Shown here: piece by piece, positions 26,148-34,753 of the stretch
Layout: the number at the start of each line of letters is the position of its first letter
Position numbering within the stretch: position 1 is the first letter of the stretch
Virus record (IMG/VR): IMGVR_UViG_3300035168_000171
Span: 1 to 62,152 of that record
Length of the DNA stretch: 62,152 bases
DNA from: a virus
Taxonomy: Duplodnaviria > Caudoviricetes
Reading direction: 5' to 3' (one strand)
Notes under the pieces: generated by a model
Database searches by the model: none
Seen by the model: the letters and a program-made list of their open reading frames with translations, nothing else
What the model was told of the DNA's origin: nothing
Position numbers and translations under genes: made by a program

Positions 26148-27079
26148 GTGCAGAGGCATACCGCGAACTCTTCGTCGACTTCTGCCGAGCCGAACTCGCG
26201 AGCGGCGGTCCCGATCCGCAGGTGACACTCGTCGGCCGTGCTGTCCGAGAGCGAACGGATCTCGTGCCGGCCGAACAGGCTGTCAGGTGCGGCTTGTTTG
26301 TCGTGCCATACACAGTCGGTGCCGGAGCAGTCCTTTGGAATCTCCGCGATTGGGGGCAGGCAGATTGGGCGTCCTTTCTTATCGAGCACAAGGACGGATT
26401 CCCGATGCGACGTGAGCGTCGGTCGGTCTGGGGCGACGACCGTCGCAAGTTGATGGAGTCCGTCGTGTCATGGATCGACTTCTGCTATCGCGTCCTCCCT
26501 GACGCAGCCGACGGTACGTACGATGAGTTGTACGCGAGCATCGGCAAATACGTGAAGTACTTCGGCAGGTACGCGACGATGAAGGTCATTGAGACGATGC
26601 ACCAGGCCGGCCTTCACGTCCCGGCGCAGTCGTCGATCGTCGCCAAAGGTGCGAAATACCCTCGGAAGATGCTCGCAATGTTATTCCCTGAGCATGCCGA
26701 ACGGATGAACTCGAAAGCGAACGACACCGAGACGATCAAGCTCGCAAATGATCTCGCCTACATGGCGTATCAATTCATCGGCGAGCGCGCAACATGGTTC
26801 CAACTCGAGACCCTCCTCTGTAACGCTAGGCAGGCGCACGATGGTAAGTACCCGGGCCGGAGTCACGATCGCGAGCTCGCGCACTGGCGGAAGGCCAATG
26901 GGTACTTCAGGCGAAAGGGGATGGACCTTCGAGAAGTCATCCCATTCTACGGACTGCGGCAGACGCTGTTCCCGCACGAGTATCTCGGCGAACTTGGCGC
27001 TCCGCCCTGGTGGCAGTCGAGAGAACACCTGGAAGTCGCCCAGAAAGAGAAGGTACGCGGTGCCCTGGCAGATCGATGA
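26144..27079 (+). CDS. Amino acid:DNA transferase-like protein (aGPT-Pplase2, HhH glycosylase fold)
   Basis: GGPDP, RRERR, KYFGRYA, LETLLC...GKYPG motifs. Confidence 0.7.
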   Translation: MSAEAYRELFVDFCRAELASGGPDPQVTLVGRAVRERTDLVPAEQAVRCGLFVVPYTVGAGAVLWNLRDWGQADWASFLIEHKDGFPMRRERRSVWGDDRRKLMESVVSWIDFCYRVLPDAADGTYDELYASIGKYVKYFGRYATMKVIETMHQAGLHVPAQSSIVAKGAKYPRKMLAMLFPEHAERMNSKANDTETIKLANDLAYMAYQFIGERATWFQLETLLCNARQAHDGKYPGRSHDRELAHWRKANGYFRRKGMDLREVIPFYGLRQTLFPHEYLGELGAPPWWQSREHLEVAQKEKVRGALADR

Positions 27080-27476
27080 TCAACTGTGGGTGTGCGGCAC
27101 ACCGACTCTTGAGCAGACTGTTGCGCGCAATTGGACAGCAGGCGTCACGGTTTGCACCAAGTTGCCACCCACTGACGTGCGTAACGTACTTACATGGTGG
27201 CAGCACATTCCCGTGAGAGATGGGAAACGTCTTCAAGTTGATGACTATGTTCGTGCTCGTGATTACGTCCTGGCAATGCTGCAGAACGGACATCGCGTCG
27301 TCATCAACTGTCTTGCCGGCCGTAATCGCTCATGTCTCATCGCCGCTCTCGTCCTGATGGAGCGATATCAAATCGACGGCGCGAGTGCGGCGTACATAGT
27401 ACGTGCTCGCCGACCGAACGCACTTGTCAACCCGGTCCACCTCGAGTGGCTCACGAGTCTGGAGGCTCGAACATGA
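27060..27476 (+). CDS. CX5R (PTP/dual-specificity) phosphatase
   Basis: VVINCLAGRNRS; VRARRP. Confidence 0.85.
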   Translation: MPWQIDDQLWVCGTPTLEQTVARNWTAGVTVCTKLPPTDVRNVLTWWQHIPVRDGKRLQVDDYVRARDYVLAMLQNGHRVVINCLAGRNRSCLIAALVLMERYQIDGASAAYIVRARRPNALVNPVHLEWLTSLEART

Positions 27477-27676
27477 TTGAACGTCAAGCAATGCGCAGCA
27501 CCAAGAAGGAACTCACCGATTGGCTCAACGAGGACGTCGTCGAGTTCGTCATCCGACGTCACAAGCACGACGGCCAGTCATATACCGAGATCGCGGCAGA
27601 ACTGCGCAAGAGCGGATTCTCGGTGACGACGAAGATGCTCGTCAACTGGGTGTATGAGAGCAAGAGGACGAAGTGA
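27473..27676 (+). CDS. Helix-turn-helix DNA-binding protein
   Basis: GQSYTEIAAEL...VTTKMLVNW. Confidence 0.7.
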   Translation: MIERQAMRSTKKELTDWLNEDVVEFVIRRHKHDGQSYTEIAAELRKSGFSVTTKMLVNWVYESKRTK

Positions 27677-27912
27677 TCTCCGACGACGATCGCGAATTAT
27701 GCGGCCCGAGTGTCGACATCTGCGCATGGTGCAGCGATTCCGAGTGTGATGGGATCTCGTGCATCGCATCCCTTGACGTAGAGAATGCTGAGGATCACCC
27801 AGCGATCGAGCAACTCCAGGCATGGATCAGACGTGGTCGTTTCTTCGAGCAAGTTGAGCGAGTTCTTGCGGAATCTGAGAATCGTCCAATCCCTTCAAGG
27901 TGGGGATCATGA
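27673..27912 (+). CDS. Small Cys-rich protein
   Basis: Coupled ORF; CAWC. Confidence 0.55.
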   Translation: MISDDDRELCGPSVDICAWCSDSECDGISCIASLDVENAEDHPAIEQLQAWIRRGRFFEQVERVLAESENRPIPSRWGS

Positions 27913-28679
27913 TCCTCAACATCCGCGGCTCGTCGTGCAGCGGCAAGTCCACCAACCTCTATCGCCTCCTGCAGGACTATCCCTCAGTTGAGGTGTGGGA
28001 GAAGGTCGGCTGGAACAAGGTGAAGCCTCGGCAGGTCGGTCACCTTCTCGCCGGCGGGTTGTTCATCGTCGGTCCGTATGCATCGACAGCAAAGACCGGC
28101 GGGATGGACATGTTGATGCCGGGTAAGACCGAACTCGTCACGAGTTGGCTCGAACGAAATTGCGCGATCTATTCGCATACATGCTTCGAGAGCATGATGG
28201 CGAGCCTGGCGATCGGTCGCTATCACGAACTTCGCAAGCGCCTCGACGTTACGCTCGGCGTCCAGAACAGCATCACATTCGCCTTCCTTGACACACCGCT
28301 CGAGGTCTGTCGTGAGCGCATCCTGTCCAGGAATGACGGGAAGGGACCGACCGGGAAGGGCATCAACGAGGAAGCGACCGTCGATCACCAGTGGAAGCGA
28401 GTCCGACAGATCAGGGAACGCTTCGTTGAGAAGGGCGAGCGGTGCGAAACCCTCCCGTACGAGTCGTCGTATGAGGTGATGATTGCCCTCCTCATGTCCG
28501 GCGGGTGGGACCCCTTCTCGTCACCACCGCCTCAGCACGCCAAGGTCAAGACTCGGGTCTCACTCGAGCAGGTGTACCGCGAAGTCGCGGCTGGTCAATA
28601 CCCTGATGCGGACCCAGATCGCATCCAGCGATTCAAGAATGAAGTCGCGAAACACTCTGAGAAATTCCCACAGGTGTAG
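27909..28679 (+). CDS. P-loop kinase resembling 5-hydroxymethylpyrimidine DNA kinases
   Basis: ILNIRGSSCSGKST, VGPY....GGMD, FLDTPLEVCRERI.SRN. Confidence 0.7.
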   Translation: MILNIRGSSCSGKSTNLYRLLQDYPSVEVWEKVGWNKVKPRQVGHLLAGGLFIVGPYASTAKTGGMDMLMPGKTELVTSWLERNCAIYSHTCFESMMASLAIGRYHELRKRLDVTLGVQNSITFAFLDTPLEVCRERILSRNDGKGPTGKGINEEATVDHQWKRVRQIRERFVEKGERCETLPYESSYEVMIALLMSGGWDPFSSPPPQHAKVKTRVSLEQVYREVAAGQYPDADPDRIQRFKNEVAKHSEKFPQV

Positions 28680-28683
28680 ATAT

Positions 28684-29154
28684 ATGACTAAGAGAAAGAA
28701 CGGGTATCACCGCATCTTCATCGAAGCAAACGGCCCAGGACCATGGCCGTGCTACGGATGTGACGAGTTAGTCACTAAGTTGCTCATACACCACTTGGAT
28801 AAGGACGCATCGAACAACGACCCAAACAATCTTGTCGCGATGCATAGTCCATGTCACCACAGATTGCATCAACTTGGAAGGAAACACTCAGACGAGTCGC
28901 GCCAGAAGATGAGTGAAACGCGATTAGGTAAGAAACTCTCGCCGGAACATAGCCGAAGAATTGGTGAAGGACATCGCGGGAAGATCATTTCGGCTGAACA
29001 CCGAGCTGCATTACGAGCGTTTCGGCTCGGGAGGCCTATGGTGCAACGTCTGTTCAAGTGCGGTGATTGTGACTTGATAACAATCGGATCAGCTCTTCAT
29101 CCACACCAGAAAGCGACAGGGCACCAGGGTAAGACTGAGGTTGGCACGACATGA
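28684..29154 (+). CDS. HNH homing endonuclease with NUMOD3-like repeats
   Basis: IHHLDKDASNNDPNNL...CH..LH; GRKHSDESRQKMSE; lower GC. Confidence 0.85.
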   Translation: MTKRKNGYHRIFIEANGPGPWPCYGCDELVTKLLIHHLDKDASNNDPNNLVAMHSPCHHRLHQLGRKHSDESRQKMSETRLGKKLSPEHSRRIGEGHRGKIISAEHRAALRAFRLGRPMVQRLFKCGDCDLITIGSALHPHQKATGHQGKTEVGTT

Positions 29155-30095
29155 GGTACTTCACCAACTCGGAGATGTCCACCTTCCGCGACTGCCGTCG
29201 CAAGTGGTGGCTGGGGACATACCGTCGGCTGCGACCAAAGGCGCGAAAGTTGGTGGGGCCAGCACCAATCGGATCTCGGACGCACCAGGCGCTCGCGCAG
29301 TGGTACGTGCCAGAGGGTACACCGCGAATGGACCCGCGTGAGGCGCTTGAGGCGATCATCACGCAGGACAGGGCGGACCTGCTCGCCTCACTCGGCGAGG
29401 ATGAGGTCGCGAACGGTGAGACCGTGAAGGAGTTCGAGAAGGAGAATGACCTTGTCCGGGCGATGATTGAGGGATACGTCCAGTGGCTCGAGGAGACCGG
29501 CATCGATAGCGACTACCGGGTCATTGGCAGTGAAGTCGCAGTTGAGTACAAGTTTGCTGATGGGCTCTCGATCGCAGGTCGGATCGACACGCAACTCGAG
29601 CGGATCAGCGATGGCGCACATCTCGGCATGGACCACAAGACGGGCGACTTCGGTAATCTCCGGAAGCAACTACCCATGGACGAGCAGATGTTGTTGTATG
29701 AGATTCTCAGGCGACTGACAACCGACGGTCGTAGCGACGGCATGCTGTTCAACATGATCCGGAAGGTGAAACGAACAGCCGCCGCCAAACCACCATTCTA
29801 CGAGCGCCTCCCGGTGCCATTCAATCAGCACCAAATCAACAGCGCATGGTACCGGGTGATGGCGATCATCAATGACATCCTCGCTGTGACCGCTCGGCTT
29901 GACTCAGGGGAGTCTCACCTTACTGCGGCGTACCCGCGCCCGAACAAGGATTGCTCGTGGAAATGTGAATTCTTTGCGGTTTGCACAATGTTCGATGATG
30001 GCAGTCGCGCTGAAGACATGATACAATCTCTATACGTCGTCGGCGATCCCCTCGACAGATACCCGGACCTTACAGGAGGGACCGCCGATGAATGA
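29151..30095 (+). CDS. PD-(D/E)XK Cas4/RecB-like exonuclease
   Basis: CRRKW, G...H, GRID, DHKT, QMLLY, CSWKCEFFAVC. Confidence 0.88.
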   Translation: MRYFTNSEMSTFRDCRRKWWLGTYRRLRPKARKLVGPAPIGSRTHQALAQWYVPEGTPRMDPREALEAIITQDRADLLASLGEDEVANGETVKEFEKENDLVRAMIEGYVQWLEETGIDSDYRVIGSEVAVEYKFADGLSIAGRIDTQLERISDGAHLGMDHKTGDFGNLRKQLPMDEQMLLYEILRRLTTDGRSDGMLFNMIRKVKRTAAAKPPFYERLPVPFNQHQINSAWYRVMAIINDILAVTARLDSGESHLTAAYPRPNKDCSWKCEFFAVCTMFDDGSRAEDMIQSLYVVGDPLDRYPDLTGGTADE

Positions 30096-30867
30096 CCCGA
30101 GGACGCTGAGCATCCTTGTTCACGCCGAGAGCAAGGTTGGAAAGTCCACGCTTGGGGCAACATGTCCCGCGCCGGTCTGCATCCTCGATGCTGAGGGTGG
30201 CACCAAATTCTTGCCAGGTAGCCCATACCTCACGCAGAGGCTCGGTCGGCCATTCGTAGTTACGCACTGGGAACCGTCACAGCCACCACCAATTCCCGAC
30301 GGAACATGGGATGCTGCCGTCGTGACAGTCCGTAGTTGGCAGGATGTCCAATACGCGTGGCAGTGGTTAGCGCAGGGCAATCATTACTTTGCGTCAGTCG
30401 TCGTCGATTCGATCACAGAAGTCCAACGTCGTGCCAAGGCAAACTTGAAGGGCACTGAAGCGATGTTGATCCAGGACTGGGGTCAACTCCTCACGGTTAT
30501 GGACACCGTCATTCGCGGATTCCGCGACCTTACCATCGACCCGTATAACTCGATTCGGGTTGCGATGTTCGTTGCTGAGACTCGACAGATCGACGGCAAG
30601 TTTCGCCCGTACATGCAGGGGCAAATCAGCACATCCCTTCCGTACTGGGTCGATGTTTGCGGGTATCTCTATGTCGACCAGATCCCGGATGCCAACGGAC
30701 AGAACACGCAGACTGTTCGTCGCCTGCTCGTCAATCAGACGGCACTCTACGAAGCTGGCGAACGAGTCCAAGGTCTCGTTGGCCCCGTCGTTGATCACCC
30801 TGACATCTACCAGATGCTTGAACTTATTTATCCGCACTACACACAACCACAGGAGACAAACGCATGA
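30088..30867 (+). CDS. Sak4-like (AAA_24) annealing ATPase
   Basis: ESKVGKST, LDAEGG, VVVDSIT. Confidence 0.82.
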   Translation: MNDPRTLSILVHAESKVGKSTLGATCPAPVCILDAEGGTKFLPGSPYLTQRLGRPFVVTHWEPSQPPPIPDGTWDAAVVTVRSWQDVQYAWQWLAQGNHYFASVVVDSITEVQRRAKANLKGTEAMLIQDWGQLLTVMDTVIRGFRDLTIDPYNSIRVAMFVAETRQIDGKFRPYMQGQISTSLPYWVDVCGYLYVDQIPDANGQNTQTVRRLLVNQTALYEAGERVQGLVGPVVDHPDIYQMLELIYPHYTQPQETNA

Positions 30868-31622
30868 GCACAATCGACTTCGGCGCCCTCATGGCCGAGG
30901 CAGGCGAGGGATTCCAGCCGGTTCCATCAGGACCGTACAATGTTCAAGTCTCGAAAGCCGAGGCAGTCACATCATCGACGGGCAAGCCCATGATCAAGGT
31001 GCAACTCAGGATCATCGGCGGACCGCATGACGGCCGACTCCTCTTCGATCAGTTCGTGATCACGGCCGGCAATCCGAATGCTCTTGCATTCTTCTTCGAT
31101 CACATGGCCGCATTCGGACTCGACCGTCCGTGGTTCGCCCAGAACCCGCCGATGGAGACGGTCGCCGCGACACTCATGAACCGGCAAGTCGCCGTCAGCG
31201 TGGGTATCAAGCAGTTCAAGGGCAGTGACCGCAACGAAGTCCAGGCATACAGTGCTATCGCTAGCGGGCAGATCGGCGGCGTCGCACCGACCGGATACGG
31301 TCCTGGCGCCGGTGTTCCGCAAGCCGCTCCAATTCCGCAAGTCGCGGCCCCCGTACCGGTCCCTCAGGCTCCCGTCGCGGCCCCTGTTGCACCTGCCCCC
31401 ATCGCGCCGCAGGTCGTACCTCCGCCGGCCGCGATCGCGCCGCAGGCTCCCGTTGCTCCTCCGGCGCCAGTCGCCCAGGTCCCGCCGCCGGCACCTGTCG
31501 CACCTCCTGCGCCTGTCGCTCCCGTCCAGGAAGTGCCGCAGGCTCCAGTCTCACAGGCTCCCGTTGCTCCGGCACCGGTCCCGGCCGCTCCGTACTCGGC
31601 CAACGACGAAGAGCCGTTCTGA
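30864..31622 (+). CDS. DUF669-like ssDNA-binding protein with Pro/Ala-rich tail
   Basis: PSGPYNV...SSTGKPMIK...RNEV; acidic C-terminus DEEPF. Confidence 0.8.
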   Translation: MSTIDFGALMAEAGEGFQPVPSGPYNVQVSKAEAVTSSTGKPMIKVQLRIIGGPHDGRLLFDQFVITAGNPNALAFFFDHMAAFGLDRPWFAQNPPMETVAATLMNRQVAVSVGIKQFKGSDRNEVQAYSAIASGQIGGVAPTGYGPGAGVPQAAPIPQVAAPVPVPQAPVAAPVAPAPIAPQVVPPPAAIAPQAPVAPPAPVAQVPPPAPVAPPAPVAPVQEVPQAPVSQAPVAPAPVPAAPYSANDEEPF

Positions 31623-32158
31623 TGGCGGCCCCACTCTCGATTGAGGTTCCGATCAGGATCAAGTCACTCGACGTACCGATCAACCTGCAACTCAATGTCA
31701 CCGCGAATCTCGCGGTCGAGATGGAGGCAGATCGGTCCAACTTCGAGGACGTGGGTGACTTCCACCGTAAGTTCGACCTTCACACGAGTGACGACTGTGT
31801 CGGTCCCACCAACATCACAGACGAACTCATCGAGTTCAGAACGCAATTCATGCAAGAAGAGCTTGATGAGTTCATCGACGCCATCAACCGGATGGATCAC
31901 GCCGACGCATTTGATGCCCTCATCGATCTCGTCTATGTCGCGATGGGCACCGCCCACCTCTTCGGCTACCCGTGGCAGGATGGTTGGGACGAAGTCCAAC
32001 GGGCGAACATGACCAAGCAGCGTGCAGCGACAGCAGATCAATCCAAGCGCGCCAGCACCTGGGACGTCGTGAAACCTCCGGATTGGACGCCGCCGGACAT
32101 CGCCGGCGTACTCAAGGAGGCCGGGTTCGATGTGTCATCACTAGAGGAGAGCAAATGA
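31622..32158 (+). CDS. MazG-like nucleotide pyrophosphohydrolase
   Basis: EELDEF, DALIDLVYVAMG, EVQRANMTK, KPPDWTPPD. Confidence 0.88.
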   Translation: MAAPLSIEVPIRIKSLDVPINLQLNVTANLAVEMEADRSNFEDVGDFHRKFDLHTSDDCVGPTNITDELIEFRTQFMQEELDEFIDAINRMDHADAFDALIDLVYVAMGTAHLFGYPWQDGWDEVQRANMTKQRAATADQSKRASTWDVVKPPDWTPPDIAGVLKEAGFDVSSLEESK

Positions 32159-32595
32159 AGGAACTAACCCAATCCGAATACGATGAGTTGGTCCGCAAGG
32201 CCGGTAGCTACAACGACGACGCCCGCTTCGTGAAGATGATCGCGCGAGGCGCCGCCGTGGTGCTCGTCGTGCTTGTCGGTCTGATCTTCGTGTGGAAGCT
32301 GATCAACCCGCAGTTGATTCTCTACAAGGCCAACACGGAGAAGCAGTCACAAATCGCCATCTCGAAGGCGAAGGCCGACGCCGCCGTCCACGAGAAGCGC
32401 GCCGAGATCACGCGCGCCGAAGGTGTCGCTGAGGCCAACAAGATCATCGCCTCGTCGATCACGCCGGAGTACATCACCTGGCTATACGTCGACCAGCTCG
32501 ATCGCATCGAAGGCCAGATCATCTACATCCCCACCGAGGCCGGCATCCCGATCCTTGAAGCCAACCGACTCGTTCAGGAAATGCAAGCACCATGA
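32155..32595 (+). CDS. Membrane protein, band-7/SPFH C-terminal-like
   Basis: Single TM; RAEGVAEANKII...IYIPTEAGIPILEA. Confidence 0.7.
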   Translation: MKELTQSEYDELVRKAGSYNDDARFVKMIARGAAVVLVVLVGLIFVWKLINPQLILYKANTEKQSQIAISKAKADAAVHEKRAEITRAEGVAEANKIIASSITPEYITWLYVDQLDRIEGQIIYIPTEAGIPILEANRLVQEMQAP

Positions 32596-32789
32596 ACTTC
32601 GGTAGCTACCGCGTCGTGGGCGTCTATGAGGACACAATCGAGTTGTGGGATGGTGAGTCCAGAATTGAGCCGACTCACCCGGCGCCCGCGACGATGATCT
32701 GCCCTGTCGGCAACCCGCACGCATTCCAAGTCGACGACATCGTGGACCTGGTCGTCGTACTACGAGAACGGAAAGATCCGGATGGTTGA
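32592..32789 (+). CDS. Hypothetical protein
   Basis: ATGA overlap. Confidence 0.55.
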   Translation: MNFGSYRVVGVYEDTIELWDGESRIEPTHPAPATMICPVGNPHAFQVDDIVDLVVVLRERKDPDG

Positions 32790-33993
32790 CTTCATCGCCT
32801 GTCAGAGTTTCGCAGGTGGAATGGACATGGGTGCGACCCTGGCCGGTCTGCGGATGATCCACAAGGTCGAGAACGTTGGCGGGTTCGGTATCCCGAACTG
32901 CGACAAGAACCGGCACCTCCTCGGGTACGACTGGAAGTACCAGGCCGAGGCACCAGCAGGCTGGGAGGTTCTCGACGCAGAGGTCGTACTCGGCAACCCG
33001 CCGTGTAGCGGATTCTCAGTTGCAAGTAACGTGGAGTTCCGCGGTGCCGACAGTCCAATCAACCACTGCATGTGGGACTTCGCCGACTATGTCGCACGAG
33101 TCAAGCCGCAGATCGCCGCGTTCGAGAGTGTCATGCCGGCGTACAGTCGTCCTGACGGTCGCAAGTTGATGGGTGACTTGCGGGAATACCTCGAAGCGAT
33201 CTCGGGCCTCAAGTACGACCTCACGCACGTCAAGCACGACGCAGCAGCCGTTGGTGGACCGTGCACTCGACGTCGGTACTTCTGGGTTGTCCACCGCATA
33301 CCCTTTCGTGTCGATCCGACGCCGGTGACTCTGCAACCGACGTGGGGTGATGCGATCGGTGACCTCGTCGACATGCCAGGTGACAACTGGGAGTTCCAGC
33401 GGTACGGAGCGATTCCGTCGTCGCTGTGGGCGACGCATCGAGTGCGAGGGCTGGCAGGTACGGACGGGCACTGGTCACCGCCACTCACCGACAGGCGTGG
33501 GAGTCGACTCGCCATCCTTCTTGAACAAGAGCCATGGGAGCCTGGCACGAATTACGAAGAGGTCCTCAGACGCAGGACAGTACGGATGGGCGGACATCCT
33601 GGTGAACCGTGGACACCGGATGAGATCGCTCAGCACGAACGACGGGGGTGGACATCCGGGTACTTTCCGACCACGAGATGGAAGTGGGACCGCCCGGGGT
33701 ACGTGATCTACGGCGGCGCGATCGGCAACGTGATTCATCCGTACTTACCAAGACGAATCACGCACCGTGAAGTTGCTCGAGCGATGGGATTCCCAGACAC
33801 CTGGAAGATCGCGCCGCTCGCCGACGATAAAGGCCTCAAGGACTATTGGGGCAAAGGAATCACCGTACAGTGCGGACAGTTCCTCGGAAGGTACATCAAG
33901 CTTGCTGTCGAGGGTGACGTGTCCGAACTCCCGAAAGGTGCATCAGTCGGTGACAGGGAATGGTTCTACGATGTTCGTCCAAGGAGGAAATGA
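32782..33993 (+). CDS. DNA (cytosine-5) methyltransferase
   Basis: FAGG (I), GNPPCSGFS (IV), FESV (VI), RRRYF (VIII), REVARAMGFPD (IX). Confidence 0.88.
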   Translation: MVDFIACQSFAGGMDMGATLAGLRMIHKVENVGGFGIPNCDKNRHLLGYDWKYQAEAPAGWEVLDAEVVLGNPPCSGFSVASNVEFRGADSPINHCMWDFADYVARVKPQIAAFESVMPAYSRPDGRKLMGDLREYLEAISGLKYDLTHVKHDAAAVGGPCTRRRYFWVVHRIPFRVDPTPVTLQPTWGDAIGDLVDMPGDNWEFQRYGAIPSSLWATHRVRGLAGTDGHWSPPLTDRRGSRLAILLEQEPWEPGTNYEEVLRRRTVRMGGHPGEPWTPDEIAQHERRGWTSGYFPTTRWKWDRPGYVIYGGAIGNVIHPYLPRRITHREVARAMGFPDTWKIAPLADDKGLKDYWGKGITVQCGQFLGRYIKLAVEGDVSELPKGASVGDREWFYDVRPRRK

Positions 33994-34253
33994 TGACTAC
34001 GCGTGATGGGATCGGCTCTCCTCGGAGAAGGGAAGTCATCGAACGGGATGAGGCGGCCCTCCAACTCATCCACCGACGTGCCGCGGAAGGCCTCTGTACG
34101 AGGCTCATCGACATTCGTCGATCGCTCACTGAGCGTGAATCGGGACTGTCCCGAGGGCAGTGCTACTACGTTGTGAAGCGGCTCGAGGCCGCCGGGCACA
34201 TCGAACGGCGTGCCGGTTACCTCTGGTGCATCGCTGAGGATGGGCTAGCGTGA
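33990..34253 (+). CDS. Winged-HTH-like protein
   Basis: LSRGQCYYVVKRLEAAGHIER. Confidence 0.6.
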   Translation: MMTTRDGIGSPRRREVIERDEAALQLIHRRAAEGLCTRLIDIRRSLTERESGLSRGQCYYVVKRLEAAGHIERRAGYLWCIAEDGLA

Positions 34254-34287
34254 CCCCTCAGCTTGTCTCTCTTTGGAGGAATACACC

Positions 34288-34506
34288 GTGATGGATAGCT
34301 TTGCTGTCATCAAGCGGAATCATGACACGGCCAACAAGGTGCAGTGGATTCTCGGCTTGCTCGACGACCACTGGACTGACGTGCAGGTTGCATTCGGCAC
34401 GGATGAGGTCGCTACGGCGAAAGTCACCTTGCTCCTCACCGGTGATCAATTGCGGGCATTGGCGGCCGTCGCCTTCCAACGCAATGCACTCCATGACCCT
34501 GATTGA
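34288..34506 (+). CDS. Hypothetical protein
   Basis: GGAGG RBS. Confidence 0.55.
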   Translation: MMDSFAVIKRNHDTANKVQWILGLLDDHWTDVQVAFGTDEVATAKVTLLLTGDQLRALAAVAFQRNALHDPD

Positions 34507-34753
34507 CGAAGAGATCATCACAGAGATCTCACTCGGCGACGAACGCCCGCACATTGCCTGCTGTCTCGTCGATACGTTCTTCTGCGGTCGGCCGTTCCAC
34601 CCTGAACTCCTCGCGACTGAGGATGATCAAGAAGATGATTGCTGTAAGACGTGCATCGAGATCCGGTACGAAATGCGATGTCCTCCGCATAACCCGCGAC
34701 ACTCACACTGCCCGCTCATGTTGACGCGTGTTTGTCGCGGCGTATCACACTGA
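34493..34753 (+). CDS. Cys-rich small protein
   Basis: HIACC...FCG...CCKTC; abuts the convergent endolysin stop. Confidence 0.6.
   Translation: MTLIDEEIITEISLGDERPHIACCLVDTFFCGRPFHPELLATEDDQEDDCCKTCIEIRYEMRCPPHNPRHSHCPLMLTRVCRGVSH

Noticed and set aside
28680-29154. Group I intron or intein around the HNH gene
   Set aside because: Both neighbours look complete and only a few non-coding bases flank the ORF.
30032-30047. Additional TACAAT promoter near 30042
   Set aside because: No TGGACA-like -35 at the right spacing and it lies inside a CDS.
29151-30095. CRISPR-associated Cas4
   Set aside because: No cas operon or array; it sits in the standard exonuclease-Sak4-SSB recombination module.
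31300-31600. Low-complexity repeats (also 17680-17830, 35800-36450, 60570-60740)
   Set aside because: Explained by Pro/Ala-, Thr- or Gly-rich protein linkers.
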